64,000 bases of DNA, from positions 2,152 through 66,151 of the forward strand of contig CANDEE010000001.1 in the NCBI GenBank assembly GCA_947383685.1, given 5' to 3'. The notes beneath the pieces are model-generated. The model was given only the letters and a program-made list of their open reading frames with translations, made no database searches and was not told the origin of the DNA. Shown one piece after another: positions 39,799 to 48,237 of this stretch (within the stretch, counting starts at the first letter, position 1; each line of letters starts with the position of its first letter). The position numbers and the translations under genes are program-made. This DNA is from an uncultured Pseudoflavonifractor sp. Its GTDB lineage: Bacteria; Bacillota; Clostridia; Oscillospirales; Oscillospiraceae.

Positions 39799-40332
39799 TC
39801 ATCCATCAGCGAACACCTCGTTAAAGAATTGCTTGTAGTCGAATGGTTGGGGGTCTGCCATATCTGCTTTGACGTCTGCAAGCATTTTGAAGCGCCGATC
39901 TATCATCAGCAATGCATTGTAGATGTCGCCGGGTTCATCCCCAGCCAGAACGCCATCGTTTCCCCAGCAATCTTCTGCGTTGATGGGTTCCCATTGCTTT
40001 GATGCATCACTGAGATATTTGAGCCCGTGGAAGTTAAACTGAATGGCCCGAACGTATTCCCGTTCGAGCTTAAAATAGTAACATTCCACTCTCATCAAGC
40101 TTGCTTTAAGCTTATAAGGGACGCCCCAGCAGTTCTCATGGCTGTGCTGCCAATGACGGTGTACTTGTTCTCTCTTTCCTTTGAAGACGAGCCTTTTCGG
40201 GACACGGATTCCACCCTCGTTGACCCTTCCCGCCACAGCCTTGGATCCCAGGTACTCAACCTCGCCGCTGACGAACGAGGGGAGGCCGGGATCGAAGATT
40301 GTAACGAGTACAAATTCCTCTGGTATATCCAT
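39799..40332 (-). CDS. Hypothetical protein
   Basis: GGAGG RBS, 177 aa. Confidence 0.7.
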   Translation of the reverse strand: MDIPEEFVLVTIFDPGLPSFVSGEVEYLGSKAVAGRVNEGGIRVPKRLVFKGKREQVHRHWQHSHENCWGVPYKLKASLMRVECYYFKLEREYVRAIQFNFHGLKYLSDASKQWEPINAEDCWGNDGVLAGDEPGDIYNALLMIDRRFKMLADVKADMADPQPFDYKQFFNEVFADG

Positions 40333-40347
40333 GTTTATTCCTCCGGT

Positions 40348-40698
40348 TCAATCTAGCTCCCATTTGTAATCAAAGACCTTGCGATACTGATTCCCCTTTC
40401 CATGAAGCGGATTCTTTCGAACTCTCTTTGCCGACTGGCGCTTGAGGTGTCTTTGCCGGTTGCTAGATTTTGGGTATTTGATGTAGACGCCAGTATGTAA
40501 CAGGCTCTTTGTGCTAACGTCGCAGGTCAAGTATCCTCTATACGGGAAATATCCGGGAAGCCTTACCAGGGAGAGCAATCGGTCATCCTTTTGCTGTCCC
40601 TGGTATTTTCGCTGACTGCGTTTGGTTCTCTGCTGTTGCCGGTCAACCTGATTCTTCGGGAGTGCGGCGATCTGCCTGCTTAACTCGGTTTCGGTCAT
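40348..40698 (-). CDS. Basic hypothetical protein
   Basis: Arg/Lys-rich; GNQYRKVFDYKWELD C-terminus; operon position; start uncertain. Confidence 0.6.
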   Translation of the reverse strand: MTETELSRQIAALPKNQVDRQQQRTKRSQRKYQGQQKDDRLLSLVRLPGYFPYRGYLTCDVSTKSLLHTGVYIKYPKSSNRQRHLKRQSAKRVRKNPLHGKGNQYRKVFDYKWELD

Positions 40699-40822
40699 AC
40701 GCTTTCCTGCTCTGCACAGTGCGTGTGACTGGATTGAGCCCCATCCAGGAGCCGCGCTTTTGGGCAAAGAAGCTACGCTGAGCTTTCTTGCTTTGCTTCC
40801 TCACTGGCACCAGTTGCTTCAC
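40643..40822 (-). CDS. Small basic hypothetical protein
   Basis: GTG start with GGAGG RBS; KQSKKAQR...RGSWMGLNPVTRTVQSRKAYDR. Confidence 0.6.
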   Translation of the reverse strand: MKQLVPVRKQSKKAQRSFFAQKRGSWMGLNPVTRTVQSRKAYDRNRVKQADRRTPEESG

Positions 40823-41600
40823 AGGTCTTCCTCCCTTCGTCTTTGGTTTCTGTTTTATAGTACTTCTCGATTGGCATAGATGGCCTTCTGGCTTCCTCGG
40901 GACCTGTGTCAAGGCACTCATCACAGAACGGGCAGATCCATCCAGTAGTAATCCTAGTGGCCGGTTTGCCACAGGATACACAGACTCTTTTGCTGATCTC
41001 CGTGTATTTTTCAATGATTTCTGATACCTCATCCGGTGCCCCAGAGTCATACCAGCAGAGAGCGCCAAACTTCTCCTTTGTCTGCAGCACCGTGTACTCA
41101 TCAAGCGCATTGGCCCTTTTCAGTGCCTGTTTGATTTCCCTGCAGAGCTCCATGCCAAAGGCTCGTCTCCACCCTTCGGGTAGCTCATCCAAATGTGATG
41201 CTTCGGAGTCATTGACCCGGAGGAAGGGGTAACGATGCAGAAAGAGCTTGCGTTCACCTTCCTCACTTAGTGGTTCCCACCCTTTTCTTCCTTCTCTGAG
41301 TTTATCAAAAACGGCAGTACTGACCTGGAGGTAGTCGGTATGGCCAAAGAGAAGCATCTTGTCGGGCAGTTCACGCAGGGCCTCCAGAAATTCATCCTCG
41401 TCTTTCTTTCTTACAGAACAAAAGACAGCCAGGTAGGAACCGTCTGGGGCGGCATACTCACATTGGAAGTTCACCGTGACCTGATGTCGGATGAACAAAG
41501 CATCGGCCAGATACTCCTCTGTGTCGAAGAACATATAGTGGCAGTTTAACAAAGAAAACTTCTGCAATCTGGTATAGTACTTGGGTTGGAGCACTGGCAC
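40773..41600 (-). CDS. Two-domain hypothetical protein with C-terminal phage-type zinc-binding domain
   Basis: AAGGAGG RBS; PEGW...QTKEKFGALCWY...CVSCG...GWICPFCDEC. Confidence 0.75.
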   Translation of the reverse strand: MPVLQPKYYTRLQKFSLLNCHYMFFDTEEYLADALFIRHQVTVNFQCEYAAPDGSYLAVFCSVRKKDEDEFLEALRELPDKMLLFGHTDYLQVSTAVFDKLREGRKGWEPLSEEGERKLFLHRYPFLRVNDSEASHLDELPEGWRRAFGMELCREIKQALKRANALDEYTVLQTKEKFGALCWYDSGAPDEVSEIIEKYTEISKRVCVSCGKPATRITTGWICPFCDECLDTGPEEARRPSMPIEKYYKTETKDEGRKTCEATGASEEAKQESSA

Positions 41601-41719
41601 GGCCTCCTTTTACATCTTTATTACAAATTGCCAAAGCCTATTGCAATTTACAGCCCTATCCGTTATCCTGTAATATCCCGCTTGTCGGGGTATTACTTTT
41701 AAGAATGGAGGCGATTGCC

Positions 41720-42067
41720 ATGTCTGTGCTTCAGTTTCCTGTCATTGATTCGAAGGCAACCGGGGCGAACATTTCCAGACTGCGTCAGATGCGTGGTCTT
41801 AGTGTCCGTGATCTTCAGAGCTTCTTTGGCTTTGAGGCACCCCAGGCCATCTACCAGTGGCAGCACGGACAGAGCTTGCCGAGCGTTGATAACCTCTTCG
41901 CTTTAAGTGAGCTCTTGGGCGTACCAATGAATGAGATCCTGGTTTCCACAAACCGCATCGATCATATCGCTTCTTTTGAGCGGCAGGCTGAGGCTTGCCG
42001 CTCAGGTATTTCCTGGGGAGAAAATCTTTGGGCGCAAGGGGCATGGCAGAACTTCGAGGTTGCTTAG
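41720..42067 (+). CDS. XRE HTH transcriptional regulator
   Basis: TGANISRLRQMRGLSVRDLQ...QAIYQWQHGQSLPSVDNLFALS; palindrome GTAATATCCCG-N5-CGGGGTATTAC upstream (41670-41696). Confidence 0.88.
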   Translation: MSVLQFPVIDSKATGANISRLRQMRGLSVRDLQSFFGFEAPQAIYQWQHGQSLPSVDNLFALSELLGVPMNEILVSTNRIDHIASFERQAEACRSGISWGENLWAQGAWQNFEVA

Positions 42068-42412
42068 GCCCTTATCCACAACCTATACTTCCCCAAGGTT
42101 ACCGTAGAGGCTCCCTCATGGCAGACAGGCTGTGACTTCGCTGAATTGTGTAGTTGCCTCAAAGGGCAGAAAGTGTTTGTGAAGCGATGAAGGGCTAAGT
42201 CGAAAGAAAGTCTTGCGGATGGAGAGAGATTGGCTCGGACGTGTAGCACTGGACGAAGCAGCTGACATATCTTTTATTTGAGTTTTCAAGCTCAATCAAG
42301 CATTTAGCAGATGCTTATCCGGAGGTGCTGGGGTTTGTGCAGCCTTATAGTTCATCTGCACCTGAACCGGCCCTTGCGCGCTCTCCATTCTGCCATGGCC
42401 CCTGCGCCCAAA
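42027..42412 (-). ncRNA. Candidate ~390-nt structured ncRNA closed by a 25-bp terminal stem
   Basis: 42027-42051 and 42388-42412 are inverted repeats (23/25); several internal hairpins; no credible ORF; directly downstream of 42429-43070. Confidence 0.6.
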
Positions 42413-42428
42413 ATGGGCACAGGGTTTT

Positions 42429-43070
42429 TTAGTCCTTGGCCTGATTCTCAATGAACTTGGAAAACACCGCATCGAAGTTGTCGTTCACATCGAAGGGCGC
42501 CTCATAGCTCACCTCAGTATTGACCATGCACTTGTCCAGCTCGGCAGAGATTCCATCGGATTTCTTGCCCAGCTCGGCAGCCAAGGCTCGAACCTTATTC
42601 CGGTCGAAGTCAATGGTCGTGACCCTCTTGGCCTCGCAGTGATAGGCAACCTGGTTTCCCTCACCATTAAAGCAGAACCCGCTCCCGCCGTTGGGGAGAA
42701 TTACCTCACTGCTTTTATAGCCGGTCATGGCACGAAGCGTAGAAGCAAACCGCTGACGCTCCTGGTTGAGAGCCACCTCACCATCCATGTCCACTTCCAG
42801 CGAAATCTTCGCCGTATGGATGGCTTTGGTAAGCTTCTCCTTCTCCGCCAAGAGCATGGAGGCAAATTCAACTAGAAGGTTGGCCTTACCAGCATACTCG
42901 CTGTTGGCATTGTCCTCGATTGTGACATCCTGGTCATCAGATCTGACCTTGCTGCGGAAGTGGGTGGTCGAGACTTTCAGGATGTTGGAGCGGTCCTGCA
43001 GCTCTGCGAGGGTACTCGAAAGCATGCTCTGGATCGCATTCTGGTAGCGAAACGCCTCTTTCAGATTCAT
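42429..43070 (-). CDS. Coiled-coil protein resembling the DIP1984/septicolysin-like family
   Basis: MNLKEAFRYQN start, LAEKEKLTKAI helix, IDFDRNKVRALAAEL...ISAELD...NTEV end; AAGGAGG RBS; family call by eye only. Confidence 0.7.
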   Translation of the reverse strand: MNLKEAFRYQNAIQSMLSSTLAELQDRSNILKVSTTHFRSKVRSDDQDVTIEDNANSEYAGKANLLVEFASMLLAEKEKLTKAIHTAKISLEVDMDGEVALNQERQRFASTLRAMTGYKSSEVILPNGGSGFCFNGEGNQVAYHCEAKRVTTIDFDRNKVRALAAELGKKSDGISAELDKCMVNTEVSYEAPFDVNDNFDAVFSKFIENQAKD

Positions 43071-43151
43071 GTCGATGTCCTCCTTGTCTTTGATGGCCCC
43101 ATTCTACAACGGAATGAGATTACTGTCATTGAAGTCGTGCTTGAAAAAGGG

Positions 43152-43940
43152 TTAATCCGGCTCCTGCTCACCCTCGGCAGAAGTTTTTTCTCTCTCCTCC
43201 TGCCTTTTCTTGGCCCCTTCAATCCATTTCGAGGCATCTTTGGGGTAGTGGGCACACCATACAATGAACATCTCACAGACCTGTTCTAAGGTAAACCCTG
43301 TTCCTTCGAAAGCCTGTCTTGCTCTACACTCCAACTCTGGGTCGATCTGGATCTCCACAGTGATCATGTTATCCTCATTCCCTAGTTCCGGGCGCTTCAG
43401 CCCTTCGAAGAGCTGATGGTATAGCTTCACTCCCATCACGACATACTTCCCCACGCCCTCTTGAGCGATTTGGATGACGATGTCATGGGTTTCAAGGTAG
43501 TTCAGCACAGCGTCCATGTACCGTAGGAAATCCGTCTGCTCGATTATCTTCTGGGGAACTAAGTCATACTCCTTGGCCGGGGCATCGGCAAGCAATGCCT
43601 CTACGTCCGTAGTCTTGACCGCCCCATCTAGCAGAAAATCATAGAGGTCATTGGGATCCTGCAGGTCTTTCTCGATTTTCTGCCCGTCCTCCTCCCAGGA
43701 CACGCAGTAGTCGCTTGCATCGTAGAGCCACCAGCCGATGTAATCGTAGGGGTCTGGCACGATTTCTTTGAGAATCTCCAACATGGATTCCAAGAAGGGC
43801 GTCCTATCGATGTTAAACCTCATGCCCAGCTTTTCCAGCTCTTTCTCTGCATTGTCTCGATTCTCGAATTCCTTTTTGATGCCCACAAGGGTATCTACGA
43901 ACAACTTACGACTGATCAACTGTCCTTCACCTCTTTCCAT
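43152..43940 (-). CDS. Multidomain hypothetical protein with Phd/YefM-like and RelB/DinJ-like segments
   Basis: 262-aa ORF; antitoxin-like patterns in the C-terminal half; real start may be the TTG at ~43919 after GAGGTG. Confidence 0.65.
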   Translation of the reverse strand: MERGEGQLISRKLFVDTLVGIKKEFENRDNAEKELEKLGMRFNIDRTPFLESMLEILKEIVPDPYDYIGWWLYDASDYCVSWEEDGQKIEKDLQDPNDLYDFLLDGAVKTTDVEALLADAPAKEYDLVPQKIIEQTDFLRYMDAVLNYLETHDIVIQIAQEGVGKYVVMGVKLYHQLFEGLKRPELGNEDNMITVEIQIDPELECRARQAFEGTGFTLEQVCEMFIVWCAHYPKDASKWIEGAKKRQEEREKTSAEGEQEPD

Positions 43941-44116
43941 GTTTGCTTCCGTGTTCTGATTGCCAAATCCATGCGTCGGTATATCTGTTCAGAAATCACG
44001 CCCTGCTTATAGGCGCAGTTGTTGTAGTAAAGAAGCCATAGCATTTCAGCGGCAAACTCCATCATCGCTATACTCCTTGGGCCGAGTTCGTCAGATTTTT
44101 TCACGCTAGTCACCAT
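43916..44116 (-). CDS. Small hypothetical protein
   Basis: LWLLYYNN..YKQGVISEQIYRRM pattern; operon position; start uncertain. Confidence 0.55.
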   Translation of the reverse strand: MVTSVKKSDELGPRSIAMMEFAAEMLWLLYYNNCAYKQGVISEQIYRRMDLAIRTRKQTWKEVKDS

Positions 44117-44233
44117 CCCATATGCCATCAGGCCGGAGTTGCGCCATGCCCCCATATAATTGAAACGCCCAAGTCTATGGGCATAGCGTTCCACTTGGGG
44201 GGGTATATAGCTTTGTCACGTCAGGGCACCTCG

Positions 44234-44992
44234 TTATATGAGCTCTAGTCCCGGCTCCTCCGAGTAAAACTCTTTCATGTCTTCAAGTCGCAGGCAAGCC
44301 AACCGACCGTTGGTAGGCATCATCCAAGAGATTTTCTGCTCGTCTGGCCACCCGGCCCCACAGTCGATACCAATTCGTCTCCCCTCACGCCAAATGCACA
44401 TCGGATCATCCAGTGTGATGTGGCATGTGGGGGTATGGCCAAATACCAAGGTATATCCATCCAGTCGAGCATAGTCCAGTGAGGCTTCTCGGTTCCACAC
44501 TGCGAAATGGGTCTGCGTCTCTTGGTCGTGCCCTTCTGGGACATATTCCTCATAGCGGTCAAGAGCAGCCGCATGTACCAGTTTGTAAGGGATTCCACCT
44601 ACGACAACATCAATATTGAGTGGCAGCGACTTCAGATAGTCAAGGATCTCGGCCCGAACCACAAGGCGGGTATGCTTCCAGAAGTGATGTGTGGCATCCC
44701 CTCCGTTTCTATACCACAGTCGCAGAAATTCATCGGGTTCTCGATCCCGTATATCCTCTGGGCCATCATAAGGCTCGCCAATGGCTCGAAGCATCATATA
44801 TTCGTGGTTGCCCAGAAGCATTTTGGCATTGGGCATTGCCATGATTTCCCGAAGGATCTTGATGCCGTGAGGATGCCGGTCGATCACATCGCCAAGGATG
44901 TAGAGAGTGTCCTCACTCTTGAGGTCGATTTGGCGAAGGATGGAGTGAAATCTCCTCATGTTGCCGTGGATGTCGGACAGAACGTAGGTCAT
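44234..44992 (-). CDS. Calcineurin-like metallophosphoesterase (PPP/lambda-phosphatase type)
   Basis: SDIHG, GDVIDR, GNHE, VHA, FGHTPT, IDCG. Confidence 0.92.
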   Translation of the reverse strand: MTYVLSDIHGNMRRFHSILRQIDLKSEDTLYILGDVIDRHPHGIKILREIMAMPNAKMLLGNHEYMMLRAIGEPYDGPEDIRDREPDEFLRLWYRNGGDATHHFWKHTRLVVRAEILDYLKSLPLNIDVVVGGIPYKLVHAAALDRYEEYVPEGHDQETQTHFAVWNREASLDYARLDGYTLVFGHTPTCHITLDDPMCIWREGRRIGIDCGAGWPDEQKISWMMPTNGRLACLRLEDMKEFYSEEPGLELI

Positions 44993-45221
44993 TTGAGTGT
45001 TCCTCCTCTGGAGTGTGTGAAATAAGGTTTCGTCTGAGCAAGTCAGAAGTCAGCTCTACCAGCGATTCCTTGCCGGACAGGAATACCACTGAAAGGTATC
45101 CCTGCTCCTTCAGCCGCCCAAACAGCGGGGTCAGACTCTGGATAATATGGCCGCTTTGTCCCTCATGGCGAGTCAGCCAGAAATCGACTGTTTTGCACTC
45201 CTCATCCACTTCAATCTCCAT
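44913..45221 (-). CDS. Hypothetical protein
   Basis: GAGG RBS; VDFWLT...VVFLSGKESL...LLRRN; operon position. Confidence 0.6.
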   Translation of the reverse strand: MEIEVDEECKTVDFWLTRHEGQSGHIIQSLTPLFGRLKEQGYLSVVFLSGKESLVELTSDLLRRNLISHTPEEEHSNDLRSVRHPRQHEEISLHPSPNRPQE

Positions 45222-45235
45222 TGTTCAGCACATCC

Positions 45236-45952
45236 TCACTTGCAGACTCGGAGTTCCCCTTTGATCTCTTCACTTTCAACGAAGGTATGGTAGTAGAAGC
45301 ACATCTTTCCCACACGTTTGTCGATATGCCAGTGGCCACACAGCCAGAGCTTATAGGTGGCCATCTCTTCGATTTTGTCTAGCCATTCCTCTGTGCTGTC
45401 ATCCACTGTACTTTGGTCGATGCCCGGAAGGAAGGCTTCTACAGGCTTAAATTTAGCCGGGCAGGTATGGGAGAGAATGATGTCGAAGGTGTTGCTTGCC
45501 ACCTGCTGCTCCACATAAGCCTTGATTTCCGGGGAGGGCTGCTCGTCCGCCCACCAGCCGACACCCCTTGCAATTCGATAGAACTTGTCCACACTGTAGG
45601 CGCCGCCAATAACCAGGTGACGGATCCCCTCCATGGTAAATATCTCGCCATCTTTTGCAAAGAGGAGGTTTGGAAACTCAGGTTCAAACCAGACCAAGCC
45701 GCCGTTCCACTCCTTTTGTTGGTAGGTCGGGATGCTGGCCGGTCTCATTTCGTGGTTTCCATGGATGCAGAAGACTGTCAGGCCAAGGCTATCAAGAACC
45801 CTTTTGACCTTCTTGTCTGTCTTATTGCCATAGAAGTTGGCTCCGACATCGCCAAGGATCACAAGGATGTCATCTGCGGAGGGCTTGTGTTTTTCGAAGT
45901 ATTCCTGGAGCCCTTGGGGGCGACCATGAATATCACCAGTGTAATAAATCAT
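45236..45952 (-). CDS. Calcineurin-like metallophosphoesterase
   Basis: GDIHG, LGDVG, HGNHE, GGAYSVDK, SHTCP, GHWH. Confidence 0.92.
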   Translation of the reverse strand: MIYYTGDIHGRPQGLQEYFEKHKPSADDILVILGDVGANFYGNKTDKKVKRVLDSLGLTVFCIHGNHEMRPASIPTYQQKEWNGGLVWFEPEFPNLLFAKDGEIFTMEGIRHLVIGGAYSVDKFYRIARGVGWWADEQPSPEIKAYVEQQVASNTFDIILSHTCPAKFKPVEAFLPGIDQSTVDDSTEEWLDKIEEMATYKLWLCGHWHIDKRVGKMCFYYHTFVESEEIKGELRVCK

Positions 45953-46079
45953 ATTTTCACCTTCCTGTGGAAGCCATTGTAGCATATTGAATGTCCAATA
46001 AAAGGACGTTTTCAAAATCATATCGAAAAATCCAAAATCATATAAAAAACCTCTGAGGACATGCTAGGGGTGGAGTCCT

Positions 46080-46140
46080 AAACCATCAGTCAAGTATCTG
46101 ACTGTGGGTTTCTTGCCTTTTCACGTCTCCAATGTATACT
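46080..46140 (+). promoter_or_regulatory. 30-bp palindrome (copy 1) abutting a TTGCCT-16-TATACT promoter
   Basis: AAACCATCAGTCA-AGTATC-TGACTGTGGGTTT. Confidence 0.65.
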
Positions 46141-46276
46141 GGAGCCAGCTTTCAGGGTATGACTTATCGCCCTGGCCTTTTGTCATTCACAAACATACCA
46201 AGGTTAGCGGGAATAGTCGATATTCATATGGAACGAACAATTGCGGCAAATACTGTGAGATATGTGCGAAAGGCAA

Positions 46277-46636
46277 CTACCTGCGGGTACGGACATAACC
46301 CCTGTTCGCTCTCAGCGAGGCTTTTGAGGCAATGACGATGTCCTCTAGGACGCGGCGCTCATATTCCGAGCAGTCAGCTAGAATAGAGGCGAAGCTGTGG
46401 TTGGACGCCTTCACCGTATTTTCCAGGCAGTCTACCAGCAACTCGTCCGAGGACACCTGGAGGGCATTTGCCAAGGCAACGAAGGTTTCGAGACTCATGG
46501 ACTTAAACCCCGTCTCGATGTAGCTTATGTACCCTGGGCTTCGGTCCACAATTCCCGCAAGCGTAAACTGTGAGAGCCCTCTCTTCTTTCGGACGGTCTG
46601 GATCCTCTTGCCGATGGCCACGTTGTTGAGCGTCAT
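46277..46636 (-). CDS. XRE HTH transcriptional regulator
   Basis: IGKRIQTVRKKRGLSQFTLA...ISYIETG...SLETFVALANAL. Confidence 0.9.
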   Translation of the reverse strand: MTLNNVAIGKRIQTVRKKRGLSQFTLAGIVDRSPGYISYIETGFKSMSLETFVALANALQVSSDELLVDCLENTVKASNHSFASILADCSEYERRVLEDIVIASKASLRANRGYVRTRR

Positions 46637-46766
46637 AATGGTACCTCCTAAAAAATTTAGTCGGTACCATTATAGCGTATTTGCTATAAAATTGCTTTAT
46701 GCGTTATATCAAAATTTGCCTTTCCGCTATATACTGTTTCCAATATAGCTTATATGCGATGAGAGG

Positions 46767-47138
46767 ATGATTAACATGGAGAAGCTTGGAGATGCCCAGG
46801 CTAAGAGGCTGGGGGAGCGAATCCGTGCAACTAGAATTGCACAAGGTATGAGTCAGGCAGCTCTAGCATCCAAGGCAGGCATCGATCTTCCTCGAGTTAG
46901 TAATATCGAACTCGGGAAAGTCGTGATGCGCATTCCAACTTTCATCAAAATTGCAGAGGCTCTTGATGTCTCTGCCGACCATCTTCTTCGCCTTAACACA
47001 AGCGAGGGAAAAGCTGTCTATGAGGGGGAGTTCTTGAAAATTGTTGAGGACTGTACTCCCCAAGAGATAGAGTCTTTGCTTGCCATCGTTCAGCAAGTGA
47101 AACAGACTCTTCACGCCCAGACTTCCAAGGAAAAATAA
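46767..47138 (+). CDS. XRE HTH transcriptional regulator (divergent partner)
   Basis: LGERIRATRIAQGMSQAALA...VSNIELGK; TATAGC-N6-GCTATA palindrome in the shared intergenic region (46671-46688); terminator at 47152-47192. Confidence 0.9.
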   Translation: MINMEKLGDAQAKRLGERIRATRIAQGMSQAALASKAGIDLPRVSNIELGKVVMRIPTFIKIAEALDVSADHLLRLNTSEGKAVYEGEFLKIVEDCTPQEIESLLAIVQQVKQTLHAQTSKEK

Positions 47139-47198
47139 TCTGGAAAATAAGAAGCACCCCGTCCAGCATTGGCTGAGACGGGGTGCTTTTTTGCACAC

Positions 47199-47387
47199 TC
47201 ATATGCTTTTCTTTGCCAGATCGTCTATCTCCATATAGGTGTGGCGATATCCCGGGAGCTTGTTGCTCTCATCTAAGCGACTACAAATTGATTTGGCGGT
47301 CTCTTCATCCTTGGCATATCCAATAATATCGATACCATCGCTTTCGTATGTCCCGCTTCCATAGATCAAATACAGAACACCGTCCAT
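47199..47387 (-). CDS. Small hypothetical protein
   Basis: 62 aa, purine-rich RBS, ends at the shared terminator. Confidence 0.6.
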   Translation of the reverse strand: MDGVLYLIYGSGTYESDGIDIIGYAKDEETAKSICSRLDESNKLPGYRHTYMEIDDLAKKSI

Positions 47388-47534
47388 TTTTTACCGCCCT
47401 TCCTCTTTGGTTTACTTCACAATATCATACATCCAACCAAATGTCTAGGTCTGTTTTTACCTCTTAATTCCACAAATAATCCTGCTTGCCCCTAGGAAAA
47501 AATGCATCTTCCCTCAACAATTTTTCAAATTTCT

Positions 47535-47595
47535 AACCCACAGTCAGCGACTTGACCGTGGGTTTGTTGCCTTCTGTGGCCCCAGCAGATACAAT
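47535..47595 (+). promoter_or_regulatory. 30-bp palindrome (copy 2) abutting the TTGCCT-17-TACAAT promoter of the recombinase operon
   Basis: AACCCACAGTCA-GCGACT-TGACCGTGGGTT. Confidence 0.7.
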
Positions 47596-47628
47596 GCGAT
47601 TATCAGCCCTATGTCTGGAGGTCGTGGC

Positions 47629-48237
47629 ATGGAACAATTGGATATTTTTCAGAAAATGGGCGAAATTGGCCTGGCACCAACTTCCGCTTCAGAAATCCGG
47701 GCACTAACGGAACATGAACGGATGATTCAACGGCACAGGGCATGGTTGAGAGAAATCCGGCGTGAGCGTCCCAGTACCGAAAAGGCATATCGGATCGGCG
47801 TCTACATTCGCTTTTTCAACCAGACGAACTATGAGAATTATCTTGACTATCACAAGAAGATGTTTATCGACACAATCTCCCTGTGTCCCAAATGGACTCT
47901 TGTTGATTTCTATATTGACACCGGCTCAACGGCTCCAAGCATGGGTAAATCCCCTGAATGGAACCGTCTTTTAAACGACTGTATGGATAATAAAATTGAC
48001 CTAATCATCACTCAGAAGGTATCCAATGTGTCTCGCCAGCCGTTCGAGTTGACTTTTTGCTCCCGTCTACTGGCGGCACACGAGCACCCGATAGGCATCT
48101 ACTTTATATCTGAGGATATCTTCACCCTGGCCTCCTATTACCTAGAAGATCTAAAAGACCCTTCCTTTTTTCCTTCCCCTGATTGGCTGCCCCTGCCGGA
48201 TGAAGACGCAGATGGGAGAGAGATGCTGAATGATTGA
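47629..48237 (+). CDS. Degenerate serine-recombinase catalytic-domain protein lacking the nucleophile
   Basis: GVYIRFFN in place of YxRVS; WTLVDFYID.G, LLNDC...KIDLIITQKVSNVSR. Confidence 0.8.
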   Translation: MEQLDIFQKMGEIGLAPTSASEIRALTEHERMIQRHRAWLREIRRERPSTEKAYRIGVYIRFFNQTNYENYLDYHKKMFIDTISLCPKWTLVDFYIDTGSTAPSMGKSPEWNRLLNDCMDNKIDLIITQKVSNVSRQPFELTFCSRLLAAHEHPIGIYFISEDIFTLASYYLEDLKDPSFFPSPDWLPLPDEDADGREMLND

